From: Candidatus Woesearchaeota archaeon
GTDB lineage: Archaea; Nanobdellota; Nanobdellia; Woesearchaeales; ARS49
Direction: 5' to 3'
Assembly: GCA_026394935.1 (NCBI GenBank)
Contig: JAPLZR010000042.1
Span: 1 to 33,551, forward strand
Length of the DNA: 33,551 nucleotides
The translations under genes and the position numbers were made by a program. Below are positions 1-8,925 of the stretch, in pieces. Every line of letters begins with the position of its first letter. Position 1 is the first letter of the stretch. The notes beneath the pieces are model-generated. The model was not told the DNA's origin and made no database searches. It saw only the letters and a list, made by a program, of their open reading frames with translations.

Positions 1-1746
1 ACTCCGATTAATTTGAAGCTTGCTTTTGACCCTGATAATCAGAATAATGTTACGAATGATGATAGTAATCTGACTTTTGTGTTTAGTGGCGGTAAAATAA
101 GGTCTGATGGTGGATGGGATACTACTTTTGATGATAGTGGTGTTTATCCGATTGCTGTTGAGATTTCTGATGGCGAGGTTACTGTTAATAAGACAGTTAC
201 TTTGACCATATCCAATGTTAACAGGCCTCCTTTGATTACTGCTCCTGATTTGATTTATGCTGTTGGTTATGCTGATTTGTCGCAGTACATTGTTGAGTTG
301 GACAATCAGAATACTGCAACTAATGATGACAATGAGCTTACAATCAGATATACTGCTCCGTTTGATTCGGCTGGAAAGTGGATGCCTTCTGTAGCAGGTG
401 TTGCGTCTACTACGATTTCAGTGTTTGATGGTGATAATACTGTTGAGAAGTTTGTTACTGTGATTTTGGAGAATGTTTCCCAGCCGTTTACGCAGACTCC
501 TCCTGTTCCAGTTAATGATACTTTTACAGCGCCTAATGAAACAGCTCCTGTTATTGATACAATCGTGCCTGTTAATGACACGGTAATCATTCCGGTTAAT
601 GATACTCAGGTTGAGATAGAGCCTGTGACTCCTGAAAATGAGACCGAGCCAGCGCCTCAGCCTGTAGTAACCAATAATACTATAGTAGAAAATGTGACTG
701 TAAGCACTGGTCTTACTGATGTTGTTGTACTGCCTGTTACTGATGAGAATGCTACTAATGTTATAACCAACACTACTCAGAATACAACTCAGCAGACTGC
801 TCAGAACATTACTCAGCCGCAGAATACAACTCAGACGTCACAGAATGCTACGCAGCAGACTGATACTTTTGAGACTACGACTTATTCTATTCCGTTTATC
901 CCGTTGTCACAGCCTATTGTGCCGGTTGAGGGGCTTGGTGTTGAGGTGTTTGTGAACAGCAAGAAGGTTTCTGAGTCTGACAGTGTTAAAGTGAAGCCTG
1001 GCAAGGAAGTTAAGGTTAAGGTTGAGTTGGAAAACAGAGATAACGTTTCAAAGGATGTGAGTGTTAGTGCTGAGGTTGGTGATTTGGATGAAGATGGAAA
1101 AGACAGCTTTATTCTTCTTCCTGGCGCAAGGGACGAGTTCAAGCTTATTTTTGAGATTCCGCGTCTGACAGATGATGATAATTATCCATTGAAAGTCTTG
1201 GTTAATGATAAGGAAACTAAGGAGTGGAATGTTGTGTTGAAGGTTGACAAGCCTGCTCACGAATTAAGCATTAGGTACTTTAGCATTGACCCTATTGTTT
1301 GCGGTCAGGTTTCTACTGAGCTGAAGGTTAGGGTTGAGAATACTGGCAAGAATGATGAGGAAGGAGTTTTAGAGCTTGTTGGTGAAAGTGTTGGTTTGTC
1401 TGAGAAGATTTCGTTTGAGCTTGAGCAGGGTGAATCCAAGGCATTTACAAGGACGGTTAGTGCTCCTGAGGGCAGTCACGAGGTGTCTGCAAGGGTTGTT
1501 TACGGCAAGAAGTCTGTTTTGAGCAAGACTTCCTTTACTTCATCTGTTTGTAAGGCAGAGCAGGCTGTTTCTACGCAGTCAGAGCCTGGCAAGGAAAGGT
1601 TTGCGTTCCTGAGCCAGCAGAAAGCGAATATAGTTGCAGAAAGCGCTCCTGTTGAGGATATTTTCAGCTTTGTGTTCCTTACTGTTTTGACTGTGTTTGC
1701 GCTTTTGCTGTTTGTTTTTATTGTTCCGCCGTTGTTTAGGGGATAA
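1..1746 (+). CDS. Cell-surface protein, 5'-partial: two cadherin-like repeats, sequon-rich linker, two CARDB-like domains, C-terminal TM anchor
   Basis: Frame 1 is open from nt 1 (act ccg att aat precede the TTG at 13, with no stop), so the gene enters from the left edge. There are two ~90-aa repeats (D.DNQN..TNDD..LT...DG...V.. ending NVNRPP / NVSQPF). A PVNDT/NET/QNTTQ-rich linker follows. LENRDNVSKDV... and VRVENTGKNDEEG... blocks look CARDB-like. The C-terminus is hydrophobic (IFSFVFLTVLTVFALLLFVFIV). Confidence 0.7.
   Translation, partial: TPINLKLAFDPDNQNNVTNDDSNLTFVFSGGKIRSDGGWDTTFDDSGVYPIAVEISDGEVTVNKTVTLTISNVNRPPLITAPDLIYAVGYADLSQYIVELDNQNTATNDDNELTIRYTAPFDSAGKWMPSVAGVASTTISVFDGDNTVEKFVTVILENVSQPFTQTPPVPVNDTFTAPNETAPVIDTIVPVNDTVIIPVNDTQVEIEPVTPENETEPAPQPVVTNNTIVENVTVSTGLTDVVVLPVTDENATNVITNTTQNTTQQTAQNITQPQNTTQTSQNATQQTDTFETTTYSIPFIPLSQPIVPVEGLGVEVFVNSKKVSESDSVKVKPGKEVKVKVELENRDNVSKDVSVSAEVGDLDEDGKDSFILLPGARDEFKLIFEIPRLTDDDNYPLKVLVNDKETKEWNVVLKVDKPAHELSIRYFSIDPIVCGQVSTELKVRVENTGKNDEEGVLELVGESVGLSEKISFELEQGESKAFTRTVSAPEGSHEVSARVVYGKKSVLSKTSFTSSVCKAEQAVSTQSEPGKERFAFLSQQKANIVAESAPVEDIFSFVFLTVLTVFALLLFVFIVPPLFRG
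505..860 (+). repeat. Low-complexity coding repeats: ccNgttaatgaYac (PVNDT) units, then cagaatacaactcag (QNTTQ) units
   Basis: Direct reading gives PVNDT x3 plus PNET/PENET, then NTTQNTTQQTAQNITQPQNTTQTSQNATQQT. All are N-x-T sequons. Confidence 0.6.
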
Positions 1747-1779
1747 ACCTTTTTATACTTCCCTTCTTTATCTCATGCT

Positions 1780-2436
1780 ATGAAAAAGCTGGTGACGCAA
1801 GTGCTGGTTATTGTGTTGCTTATCGGTTTGCCTATGTTTTTTATTATGAATTTTGGCGGTTATTCTTCTACTGGTGCTGTTATTAACCAGAATGCTGAAC
1901 TCAGGATGCATCGTCTTAATGTGTATTTGGCGTTTCCAGTGCCTATTTACAATCCTATGCTTAAAAAATTGTCTGAAGAGGCAAAAACTTATCTTCGTGC
2001 AGGCTCAAAGGATGTTTTTTATGGTCCTGACAGATTAAAGCAGGGTGATAATTTTTTCAGCAATGAGAATGCTTTGTTTGTGGATTTAATCAAGCTTTCC
2101 TGCCTGAAGCCGGTCGGTTCTAGTGCTAAAGGGCTTTTTATCACTCCTGGAGGCATTCAAATCACGATGCCTGGAAATACTTTCTTTAATTTAGACTACA
2201 AAGAGCTTGCTAAGATGCCTTGTGATGCTTTTGTGGTGCCTTCTGCAGAGCAGGCTATTGGTAAAATCTTGCAGCTTGATGCTTTGCTTGTTAAGGGTAC
2301 TATTGAGTCTAGCAGTTGTCCTGATCTTGCTGCAGAGAACTATATTCTTGCCACGCAGAGTATGGCTTCTGGCAATATTGAGGATGCTTTGATTAACCTG
2401 CACGTTGCGTGGAGCAGGGCAATGAATTGTGGGTGA
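1780..2436 (+). CDS. Hypothetical membrane-anchored/secreted protein
   Basis: ATG ORF of 218 aa with an N-terminal hydrophobic segment (VLVIVLLIGLPMFFIMNF). No catalytic motif recognised. Confidence 0.55.
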   Translation: MKKLVTQVLVIVLLIGLPMFFIMNFGGYSSTGAVINQNAELRMHRLNVYLAFPVPIYNPMLKKLSEEAKTYLRAGSKDVFYGPDRLKQGDNFFSNENALFVDLIKLSCLKPVGSSAKGLFITPGGIQITMPGNTFFNLDYKELAKMPCDAFVVPSAEQAIGKILQLDALLVKGTIESSSCPDLAAENYILATQSMASGNIEDALINLHVAWSRAMNCG

Positions 2437-3010
2437 CTTCAAGTTGTTGAATATGAGATTTTCCCAGTTTGAGATTTGGGAGATTGTGAAGTCTTTGGTT
2501 GGTGTTTCTTTGATATTTGGCATTGCTACTGTTGGTTTGAATCTTAAATTAATCGCGGCTTTGCCTTTAATGTTGTTTACTGCTGGTGTTGGTTTTCTTT
2601 TTCACGAATTGGCGCACAAGTATTTGGCGCAGAGGTATCATTGCTGGGCTGAGTTTCGTGCGAATAATGGTGCTCTGTTAATTGGTTTGCTGTTGAGTTT
2701 TACCGGTTTTGTCCTGATAGCTCCCGGCGGTGTTTTTATTCACGGCGCGACTGCTAAACAGCATGGCAGGATTGCTTTTTCTGGTCCTTTTATGAATTTG
2801 CTTGTTGCCTTGGCTTTTTTAGCGCTTGGTTTTTGGATTCCGTCTGCGATTTTCGCGTATGGTTTTAGAATTAACGCCTTGCTCTGCGCTTTCAACCTGA
2901 TTCCTTTTCCGCCGTTTGATGGTTTTAGTGTTTGGCGGTGGAGCAGGCTTGCGTATTTCCTGATTGCGGGTGTTGCACTGATTTTGTTCGTTCTTTCAGG
3001 AGCCTTATAA
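2429..3010 (+). CDS. M50 (site-2 protease family) zinc metalloprotease
   Basis: HExxH (FHELAHKY) sits in a hydrophobic helix, with a downstream NLIPFPPFDG motif and several TM segments. GTG 2429 overlaps the upstream stop; ATG 2453 is an alternative start. Confidence 0.8.
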   Translation: MGDFKLLNMRFSQFEIWEIVKSLVGVSLIFGIATVGLNLKLIAALPLMLFTAGVGFLFHELAHKYLAQRYHCWAEFRANNGALLIGLLLSFTGFVLIAPGGVFIHGATAKQHGRIAFSGPFMNLLVALAFLALGFWIPSAIFAYGFRINALLCAFNLIPFPPFDGFSVWRWSRLAYFLIAGVALILFVLSGAL

Positions 3011-3512
3011 TCAGCTTGTCAACGTGTCTTTCTATTTTTTTTGCTGTTTTTTGGTAAACGTCAAGGACGTTTTCGAATAGTGTTGAGTCTTTGGTGTTCG
3101 TCAGCAGGCATATTAGTGGAATGAATACTGATGGTTTTACTGGAGTTCTTAGGTAGTGTGCTGGCTCTTTGATGTCTCTTGGCATCCAGGAGACGTATTC
3201 TGATAAAGTTTGTACGGGTCTGTTTGCCATTTCTTCAAATGTTTTTTTGTGTTGTTGGTCAAAGCAGAGTATTAGGTCTGATTCTGCGATATCTTGCAGT
3301 GTTAGCTTTCTTGGTCTGTAATCTGGGGCTTTGTAGCCGAGTCGTTTAAGTGCTATTATCATTTCTGATTTGATTCTTGGTGATGTGGGTATTTGTAGTG
3401 CTGCTGAGCTGACGTTTAGTTCGAGTCCTGCGCGCTCTGCTTGTTGTTTTGTTATTATTTCTGCAGCTATGCTTCTTTCAATGTTGTATGTGCATACGTA
3501 GAGAAGGTTCAT
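2925..3512 (-). CDS. Low-molecular-weight phosphotyrosine phosphatase / ArsC-like protein
   Basis: N-terminal VCTYNIERS fits the C-x5-R-[ST] P-loop. It has a 4-nt ATGA overlap with the upstream ORF 3509..3850. The last 86 nt overlap the convergent M50 gene. Confidence 0.5.
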   Translation of the reverse strand: MNLLYVCTYNIERSIAAEIITKQQAERAGLELNVSSAALQIPTSPRIKSEMIIALKRLGYKAPDYRPRKLTLQDIAESDLILCFDQQHKKTFEEMANRPVQTLSEYVSWMPRDIKEPAHYLRTPVKPSVFIPLICLLTNTKDSTLFENVLDVYQKTAKKIERHVDKLIIRLLKERTKSVQHPQSGNTQACSTAKH

Positions 3513-3850
3513 GATTCGTCTGTGCTGGTGGACACTGTGTTTTTAACCCATTGTCTGACTGCAGCGTCCCTGCAATATAATTCGATATCTAGAGTTGAAA
3601 GATAGTCAGGATCACTGATGGTTTTTCTTATGCGTTCGAAAGACTGGCAGGCGTTTACGCAGTCTACTTTTGTTGTTACAATGAAATAAAGCACTCGTCT
3701 TCCTTTGCCATCCATCAGATAGTCTGGCTGAGGTAAACTTTTGGGCAATGAGTATTTTGGTTGTGTTAGAACTGCGTCTGATAGTTCTGCAATTCCTCGT
3801 ATTTCTTCTCGTGCAGTCTCTTCTGATGTAAGTACGTCTATGTATGTCAT
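3509..3850 (-). CDS. Hypothetical protein, translationally coupled to the PTP-like gene
   Basis: 113-aa ATG ORF whose stop overlaps the downstream ATG (ATGA). No motif recognised. Confidence 0.45.
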   Translation of the reverse strand: MTYIDVLTSEETAREEIRGIAELSDAVLTQPKYSLPKSLPQPDYLMDGKGRRVLYFIVTTKVDCVNACQSFERIRKTISDPDYLSTLDIELYCRDAAVRQWVKNTVSTSTDES

Positions 3851-3902
3851 TCACTCACCTTTTGCGATTTCGAGTTGGGTGGTATATAAAGATTGCTGGG
3901 TT

Positions 3903-4412
3903 TCAGTCTATATTGAGAACGTAAAACAATTCTATCTCATCATCGTGGAACAAATTTCCAACATCTGCTGCGTATTTGAAGCCTTGTTTTTCGTATAATG
4001 CCCTGCCTGGTTGGTTGTCTTTGCCTGCAAACAGGAATATTTTTCTTGGTTTGAATCCGAGTTTTTTGAAGTGTTCTTTGACTGATTGTACTGCGTATTT
4101 GACTATTTTCGTGCCTGTGCCTTTGCCTCTGTAGTCTTCCATGACGTGTACTTCTTCGAATTCTGCTAGTCCGTCGTCAGGGTCTTCTTTGACGTGCCAT
4201 TGCAGCATTCCTACAATCTGTTCATCATCCTTTGCGACTATCGTGAAATTGTGTGTTAGATAGCATTCTACTCTTTTTTGTATGAATTCTTTGACTTTAT
4301 AGTGTTTTAAGTAGTCTATTAATTGTTGTTTGTCCTTGTTTGTTGCTGTTGTGATAGTTATGGTCATTTTCTTGTTTAATCTTGTTTTGTTTAATAATTT
4401 TTCACTGGACAT
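3903..4412 (-). CDS. GNAT family N-acetyltransferase
   Basis: Acetyl-CoA motif A (VMEDYRGKGTGTKIVKYAV) plus the C-terminal GRALYEKQGFKY. An alternative ATG lies at 4367 (MTITITT...). Confidence 0.8.
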   Translation of the reverse strand: MSSEKLLNKTRLNKKMTITITTATNKDKQQLIDYLKHYKVKEFIQKRVECYLTHNFTIVAKDDEQIVGMLQWHVKEDPDDGLAEFEEVHVMEDYRGKGTGTKIVKYAVQSVKEHFKKLGFKPRKIFLFAGKDNQPGRALYEKQGFKYAADVGNLFHDDEIELFYVLNID

Positions 4413-4424
4413 TCTGCCGTAACC

Positions 4425-4433
4425 TTTTTATAT
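4425..4433. promoter_or_regulatory. TATA-like box in the divergent GNAT / Lhr intergenic region
   Basis: tttttatat lies between the divergent starts 4412 (-) and 4447/4483 (+). Confidence 0.3.
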
Positions 4434-4446
4434 CGTCTGTTTAGCT

Positions 4447-7400
4447 ATGTTGTTGTTAAAACGTTCATTAATTATTTACTATATGGAAAATAATTTAATT
4501 GTGAGGAAGGAGCACCCTAACACCAAGGAAGAGGTAGAGGGCGTTTTAAACAGTACAATTAAGCAGTGGTTTTATTCTCGTTTCCCTAATTTTTCTTCTC
4601 CTCAGCTGTTTGGCGTGTTTGAGATACACTCAAGGAACAATATTCTTGTTTCAGCTCCTACTGGTGCAACAAAGACGCTCACCGCTTTCTTGTCCATTCT
4701 TAATGAGCTTGTTGATAGTGCTGAGAAGGGTGTTTTGCAGGACAAGATTTACTGTGTCTACATTTCTCCGCTAAAAGCATTAAGTAATGACATTTCCAAG
4801 AACCTGAAAGAACCATTAGAACAAATTGAGAACATTGCTGGCAAAAAGTTGGGCATTCGTGTTGCTGTAAGAACAGGCGATACTACTCAGGCTGAAAAAA
4901 GCAAGATGCTTGCTAAGCCTCCTCACATTTTGATTACAACTCCTGAATCTTTAGCCATTCTTCTCTCATCCACTAAGTTTCGTGACCATTTGATGAATGT
5001 TGAGTGGTGTATTGTTGACGAGATTCACGCTTTGGCTGAGAACAAGCGTGGCACTCATTTGTCTTTGTCTTTGGAGCGTCTTCAGCATATTTCCCCTGGT
5101 TTGTGCCGTGTTGGTTTGAGTGCTACTGTTGCTCCGATTGAGGAGATTGCTGAGTTTCTTGTTGGAAACAGGCCTTGTAAGATTGTTGATATTCAGTTCC
5201 TGAAAAACTCTGATTTGAAAGTCCTCTCTCCTGTTGACAATCTTATCGACACTCCTCACGCTGCTGCGCATCATGCCATGTACACCCTAATTGACGAATT
5301 GATTCAGGAGCATAAGACGACTTTGATTTTCACTAACACCAGGAGTGCTACTGAGCGTGTTGTTGACCATTTAAAAAACCGTTTTCCAAGCAAGTATCTT
5401 GGTAATATTGGCACTCATCACGGCAGTATGAGTAAGCGCAGTCGTTTAGAGATTGAGAATAAGTTGAGGAATGGTGAGTTGAAGGCTGTTGTTTGTTCTA
5501 CTTCTTTGGAATTGGGTATTGATATTGGTTATATCGACCTTGTTATCTGTCTTGGCAGTCCTAAGAGTGTTGCGCGTTTCCTGCAAAGAGCTGGTCGTAG
5601 TGGTCATCGTTTGAGTGAGACTGTTAAGTCCAGGATTATTGTGATGGACCGTGATGATTTGGTTGAGTGTGCTGTTCTTCTTAAAAGCGCGATTGAAAAG
5701 AAGATTGATCGTGTTCACATTCCGAGGAATGCTTTGGACGTTCTTGCTCAGCAGTTGATTGGTATGGCTTTGGAGCAGGTTTGGGAAGAAAGAGATTTGT
5801 TCAAGACTGTTAAGCAGAGTTATTGTTACAAGGACTTGAAATTGGGTGATTTTAATCAGATTTTGAGTTATTTGGCTGGTGAGTTTGCTGAGTTGGAAGA
5901 CCGTCATATTTACGCTAAGATTTGGCGTGAGGATGGCAAGGTTGGCAAGAGGGGTAAGTTAACTCGTGTTATCTATATGACTAATATTGGCACTATTCCT
6001 GATGAATCTTTTATTACTGTTAAGGTTGGTACTGAAACTGTTGGTATGCTTGATGAGGGTTTTGTTGAGCGTATGAAGCCTGGTGATGTTTTCGTGCTTG
6101 GTGGCGATACTTACATGTTTAAGTTCACCAGAGGTATGGTTGCTCAGGTGTCTGCTTCTGCTAATCGTCCTCCTACTGTTCCGCGCTGGGTTAGCGAAAT
6201 GTTGCCGTTAAGCTTTGACCTGGCAAACGAAATCGGGAGATTTAGGCGTTTGATGCTTGACAAGTTTAATGAGGGTGAGAATAAGGCTTCAATTTTGAAG
6301 TTTATTAATGAGCATTTGTATGTTGAAGATAAGGCTGCTAATGCGATTTATGAGTACTTTAAGGAGCAGTTTGATTATTGTAAGCACATTCCTAATGATA
6401 GGTCAATCTTGGTCGAGTATTATCAGGATGAGCGTGACCAAAAAATCATTTTTCACAGCTTGTTCGGCAGGAGAGTTAATGATTGTTTGAGCAGAGCTAT
6501 TGCTTTTGCTATTAGCAGGACTGAGCATAAGGATGTTGAATTGGGTATTAGCGATAATGGTTTTTACATTGCTGGTGGAAAGAAGCTTAACCCGATTAAA
6601 GCTATTAAACTGCTTAAGTCTGATAAATTAAACCTTATAATGAATACTGCTATTGAGAAATCTGAAGTGTTTAAGCGTCGTTTCCGTCATTGTGCTACTC
6701 GTTCTTTGATGATTTTGCGTAATTATCTTGGTCATCAGAAGAATGTTGGACGTCAGCAGGTTAGTTCTATGATTTTGATGAGTGCTTTGAAGCAGTTGGA
6801 TCCTGATTTTGGCATTTTGAAAGAAGCAAGAAGAGAGTGTCTTGAGGATTTGATGGATATTGAGAATACTAAGAAGGTGCTTGAGGGTATTGAAAAAGGA
6901 ACTATTAAGCTTGTTGAGATTGAAACTTTTATTCCTTCTCCTTTTGCTTTGAATCTTGCATTGCAGGGTTATGCTGATGTTTTGCGTATTGAGGACAAGT
7001 ATGAGTTTTTGCGCAGGATGCACGAGCAGATTTTGGCAAGGATTGCTGGTAAGAATGTGGAATACGTTAATCCTAAGTCTTTTGTTGACAAATCCTCTGG
7101 TGAGCGTAATGAGTTTAAGGAAATTTTGAAGCGTGAGGCTTGGAATTTGAAGCGCGTGCCTAAGTTTGCCAAGGCTGAACTAGTGAGAATTATTGATGGT
7201 GAAAGGCGCAATATTAATGCTAAATTCATTGAGGCTGTTAGGAAGTATCGTGATGAAATCGAGAAGTCTTGGCCTGATGAGTTGAAAAAGTTCTTTTTTA
7301 ACGTGTTTGATGACCTTAAAACTGATGATTTTTCTTATGAGGACTTTTGGACTGAGGAGTCTGTTAAGGAGGAGTCTAAGGTTGAGGAGGAGAAGCAGTT

Positions 7401-7611
7401 GCTTTTCGAGCAGTTCAATATTGCTGCAAAGAGGGCTAATGTTGACCCTCAGGTTCGTTATGATGTTTACAAGATGATTGCTGGCGATAAGGAGGGCTTC
7501 CGGGATGATACTATTAAATGGTTGAAATCTTTGTTCAGCAAGGCTGTTTCTTCTGTCTGGAAGGATGATATAGCTAAGTTTTTACAGAAAAAATTAAAAG
7601 AGCAGTCATAA
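4447..7611 (+). CDS. lhr: Lhr-type ATP-dependent DEAD/DEAH-box helicase (superfamily 2) with a long charged C-terminal extension
   Basis: Motifs seen: Walker A (SAPTGATKT), motif II (VDEIH), SAT, QRAGRSGH. A DEAD-associated-type region follows (GGDTYMF, RRFRHCA). ATG 4483 (MENNLIV) is a plausible alternative start given the TATA position. Confidence 0.9.
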   Translation: MLLLKRSLIIYYMENNLIVRKEHPNTKEEVEGVLNSTIKQWFYSRFPNFSSPQLFGVFEIHSRNNILVSAPTGATKTLTAFLSILNELVDSAEKGVLQDKIYCVYISPLKALSNDISKNLKEPLEQIENIAGKKLGIRVAVRTGDTTQAEKSKMLAKPPHILITTPESLAILLSSTKFRDHLMNVEWCIVDEIHALAENKRGTHLSLSLERLQHISPGLCRVGLSATVAPIEEIAEFLVGNRPCKIVDIQFLKNSDLKVLSPVDNLIDTPHAAAHHAMYTLIDELIQEHKTTLIFTNTRSATERVVDHLKNRFPSKYLGNIGTHHGSMSKRSRLEIENKLRNGELKAVVCSTSLELGIDIGYIDLVICLGSPKSVARFLQRAGRSGHRLSETVKSRIIVMDRDDLVECAVLLKSAIEKKIDRVHIPRNALDVLAQQLIGMALEQVWEERDLFKTVKQSYCYKDLKLGDFNQILSYLAGEFAELEDRHIYAKIWREDGKVGKRGKLTRVIYMTNIGTIPDESFITVKVGTETVGMLDEGFVERMKPGDVFVLGGDTYMFKFTRGMVAQVSASANRPPTVPRWVSEMLPLSFDLANEIGRFRRLMLDKFNEGENKASILKFINEHLYVEDKAANAIYEYFKEQFDYCKHIPNDRSILVEYYQDERDQKIIFHSLFGRRVNDCLSRAIAFAISRTEHKDVELGISDNGFYIAGGKKLNPIKAIKLLKSDKLNLIMNTAIEKSEVFKRRFRHCATRSLMILRNYLGHQKNVGRQQVSSMILMSALKQLDPDFGILKEARRECLEDLMDIENTKKVLEGIEKGTIKLVEIETFIPSPFALNLALQGYADVLRIEDKYEFLRRMHEQILARIAGKNVEYVNPKSFVDKSSGERNEFKEILKREAWNLKRVPKFAKAELVRIIDGERRNINAKFIEAVRKYRDEIEKSWPDELKKFFFNVFDDLKTDDFSYEDFWTEESVKEESKVEEEKQLLFEQFNIAAKRANVDPQVRYDVYKMIAGDKEGFRDDTIKWLKSLFSKAVSSVWKDDIAKFLQKKLKEQS

Positions 7612-7623
7612 TACTGCTGTTTT

Positions 7624-7956
7624 ATGACCGTTCGTTATCTTGCTTGGAACAAGCCTCGTTTGCCTACAGAGGAAGAGTTGAAAAAGCAGTTGACTAAAGA
7701 GGGTTTGAAGCCTTATATCGAGCTTATGGAGCGTGATGAGGCTTCTGAAGTGCACCAGCACAGGTATGATGAGACTCGTGTTCTTGTTTCCGGCAGGGTG
7801 GAGTTTTCCGCTGAGGGCAGGACTTATTCGTTAAAGCCTGGTGACCGTGTTGATTTGGAAAGGGACACTCCTCATTTGCTGAAGAATCTGGAGCGCGGTC
7901 AGAGTGTTATGCTTTGCGCTGAGAAGGGCAAGGTTGTTTATGTTGAGATTTATTGA
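7624..7956 (+). CDS. Cupin domain protein
   Basis: Cupin motif 1 is HQHRYDETRVLVSG (HxH-x3-E-x6-G). A motif-2-like GDRVDLERDTPHLLKN (H-x3-N) is also present. Confidence 0.7.
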   Translation: MTVRYLAWNKPRLPTEEELKKQLTKEGLKPYIELMERDEASEVHQHRYDETRVLVSGRVEFSAEGRTYSLKPGDRVDLERDTPHLLKNLERGQSVMLCAEKGKVVYVEIY

Positions 7957-8031
7957 GTTTTCTAGTATTTAAATGGATTTCGAAAGCAATAAAAGTATAG
8001 AAAACAGTATAGATGTTGGAAAAGTGATATC

Positions 8032-8894
8032 ATGACTATAACATCTCCGTTGAAAAAAAGCATCAGGGCAGTTTTAAATAGTTTGACTAGGTTAAAAACT
8101 GCAGAAATAGTCTATACTGATAGGTTTAGTGGAAAGAGAAAATCAGTAATTGCAGACCAGCTTATTTTTAACAATAATGATTACTTGGCATATGTTAACA
8201 GTATTGATTATTATCTGCCGTTCAATAGAATTGAGGAAATAAAGTCTGATGACTCTTTGTTATGGTCAAGAAAAGTTTTTGAGAAGGAAAATAAGCTAAA
8301 AGTAATTAACCATATGATTGATGGTCTGAAAAAAAACGGACTGTTTACGGCATTCATGCTGACGATTTATTCACGCGTGATGAACGTCATACGTTCAAAA
8401 CAGCAGAAGAAGCTCTTGATTTTGCATTGCGTCAAAACAGTGAAGTTTCAGCATTTGATTTTTATAATGGAGGACACGGTTTTATGGCGGACGCAGCTAA
8501 ATCATTGCTTCTTTTTGTCTTAAGAAAGGAAAGAAAAGATGAAGAAAGACTGAGGAAAAAGCGTTTTGATGAAATGGAAGAAGAGTATGCTAGAAAGAAT
8601 AAGATAGAAGCTAAATTGACTTCTGAAGAGCTTGAATTGAGGGAAAAGATTTTGATAGCATGGATTAGATTCTATGATGGTCCTGGGTCTCACAATGACC
8701 CTAAAACTTGCCCTCCAGAACGTCGCAAAGGATTAATTGAAACACTAAATATAATGAAAGAAATAGACCTAAAAGCAGATCTCAAAAAAATGAGAAATCT
8801 TTTAACACCTAAAGAATACAAACGTTTTTTGCCAATTTATAATTATTTCAAAAAGACAGGCAAATTCAGCATTCCTGGATTTAGGGGTGAGTAA
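8032..8894 (+). pseudogene. Orphan gene interrupted by a -1 frameshift at an A8 run (track ORFs 8032..8523 and 8427..8894 are its two halves)
   Basis: Frame 3 is open from 8322 and reads protein-like (KKRTVYGIHADDLFTRDERHTFKTAEEALDF...). Frame 1 after GLKKN reads as low-quality hydrophobic text. The span is 863 nt, and one extra A in a8329-8336 gives a 287-aa ORF. Confidence 0.55.
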
Positions 8895-8925
8895 GATAAA
8901 ACAACAAGGGAGATAACAATCTAAA

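Noticed and set aside
8018-8034. Possible att-like direct repeat flanking the orphan island: ggaaaagtgatatcATG at 8018-8034 versus ttaaaaggtgatatctATG at 12164-12182.
   Set aside because: The shared core (G)GTGAT(A)TC is the Shine-Dalgarno context seen before many starts in this window (GGTGA before purA, purC, 30800, 31297, 30699). The similarity is therefore expected without invoking integration.
8427-8523. Treating 8427..8894 as an independent TTG-initiated gene overlapping 8032..8523.
   Set aside because: Frame 3 is open and protein-like for 35 codons upstream of that TTG, back to the A8 run. Frame 1 degenerates exactly there. A single frameshifted gene explains both ORFs better.
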